From NCBI GenBank assembly GCA_049318165.1, contig JBMOGW010000001.1, positions 1 to 43,581 of the forward strand: 43,581 nucleotides of DNA, read 5' to 3'. Position 1 is the first letter of the stretch; every line of letters starts with the position of its first letter. The notes beneath the pieces are model-generated. The model ran no database searches, was not told the DNA's origin, and saw only the letters and a program-made list of their open reading frames with translations. This stretch comes from Ilumatobacteraceae bacterium (GTDB lineage Bacteria > Actinomycetota > Acidimicrobiia > Acidimicrobiales > Ilumatobacteraceae). A program made the position numbers and the translations under genes. Positions 43,471-43,581 of this stretch are shown in pieces.

Positions 43471-43581
43471 ATGGCTGGTGGTGGCGCCGCCAATCAAGCA
43501 GCCGGCCAGAACCAGGCCGACGCGGTGCGAACGGCTTCTCTGCGCTCCACGTTGCACTTTTCGAGACGGATCCGCCCGAGA
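43471..43581 (+). CDS. 5' end of an unidentified CDS (runs off the window)
   Basis: ATG at 43471 is preceded by GAGGAGG 6 nt upstream. The frame (MAGGGAANQAAGQNQADAVRTASLRSTLHFSRRIRPR...) stays open to the window edge. Too short to name. Confidence 0.4.
   Translation, partial: MAGGGAANQAAGQNQADAVRTASLRSTLHFSRRIRPR

Overview
This is a very GC-rich chromosomal segment with actinobacterial-style codon usage: third codon positions are mostly G/C, and long spurious antisense ORFs occur throughout. It is densely packed and mostly housekeeping.

**Minus-strand array (about 3.4-22.1 kb).** Nineteen genes run on one strand with very short gaps or 4-nt start/stop overlaps:
- icd, queA, two tiny ORFs, tgt, yajC, secD, secF, apt, relA, hisS, aspS
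- a Nudix (RppH-like) gene, rarA, a DUF948 gene, a small membrane protein
- glcD, glcE, an APH-family kinase

nei, glcF and a truncated PLP-dependent decarboxylase lie at the left edge.

**Accessory-looking stretch (22.2-34 kb).**
- A cysteine-dioxygenase-like cupin, an acyl-CoA dehydrogenase, an alkylsulfatase-like MBL hydrolase and a DMT exporter.
- A signalling island around a tRNA-Val(GAC): an ECF sigma factor plus a small acidic ORF, a PAS-only protein, DUF4239, a hybrid histidine kinase with five PAS domains, and a PAS / degenerate-GGDEF / EAL protein.

**Right-hand third.** hemW, an XRE regulator, rsmE, dnaJ and hrcA (preceded by a variant CIRCE-like operator), a photolyase, a histidine phosphatase, an MFS transporter and a short family-A DNA polymerase paralogue.

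I saw no CRISPR array, rRNA, transposase, integrase or recognisable defence genes. I cannot point to a clear self-contained novel system. The best candidates for follow-up are:
- the sigma/PAS/kinase/c-di-GMP island, which lacks a recognisable anti-sigma factor, Hpt or response regulator
- the putative organosulfur cluster
- the two-gene micro-ORF insertion between queA and tgt
- the CIRCE variant

Many start codons were moved inward from the ORF-track coordinates by hand. They are uncertain by tens of nucleotides.
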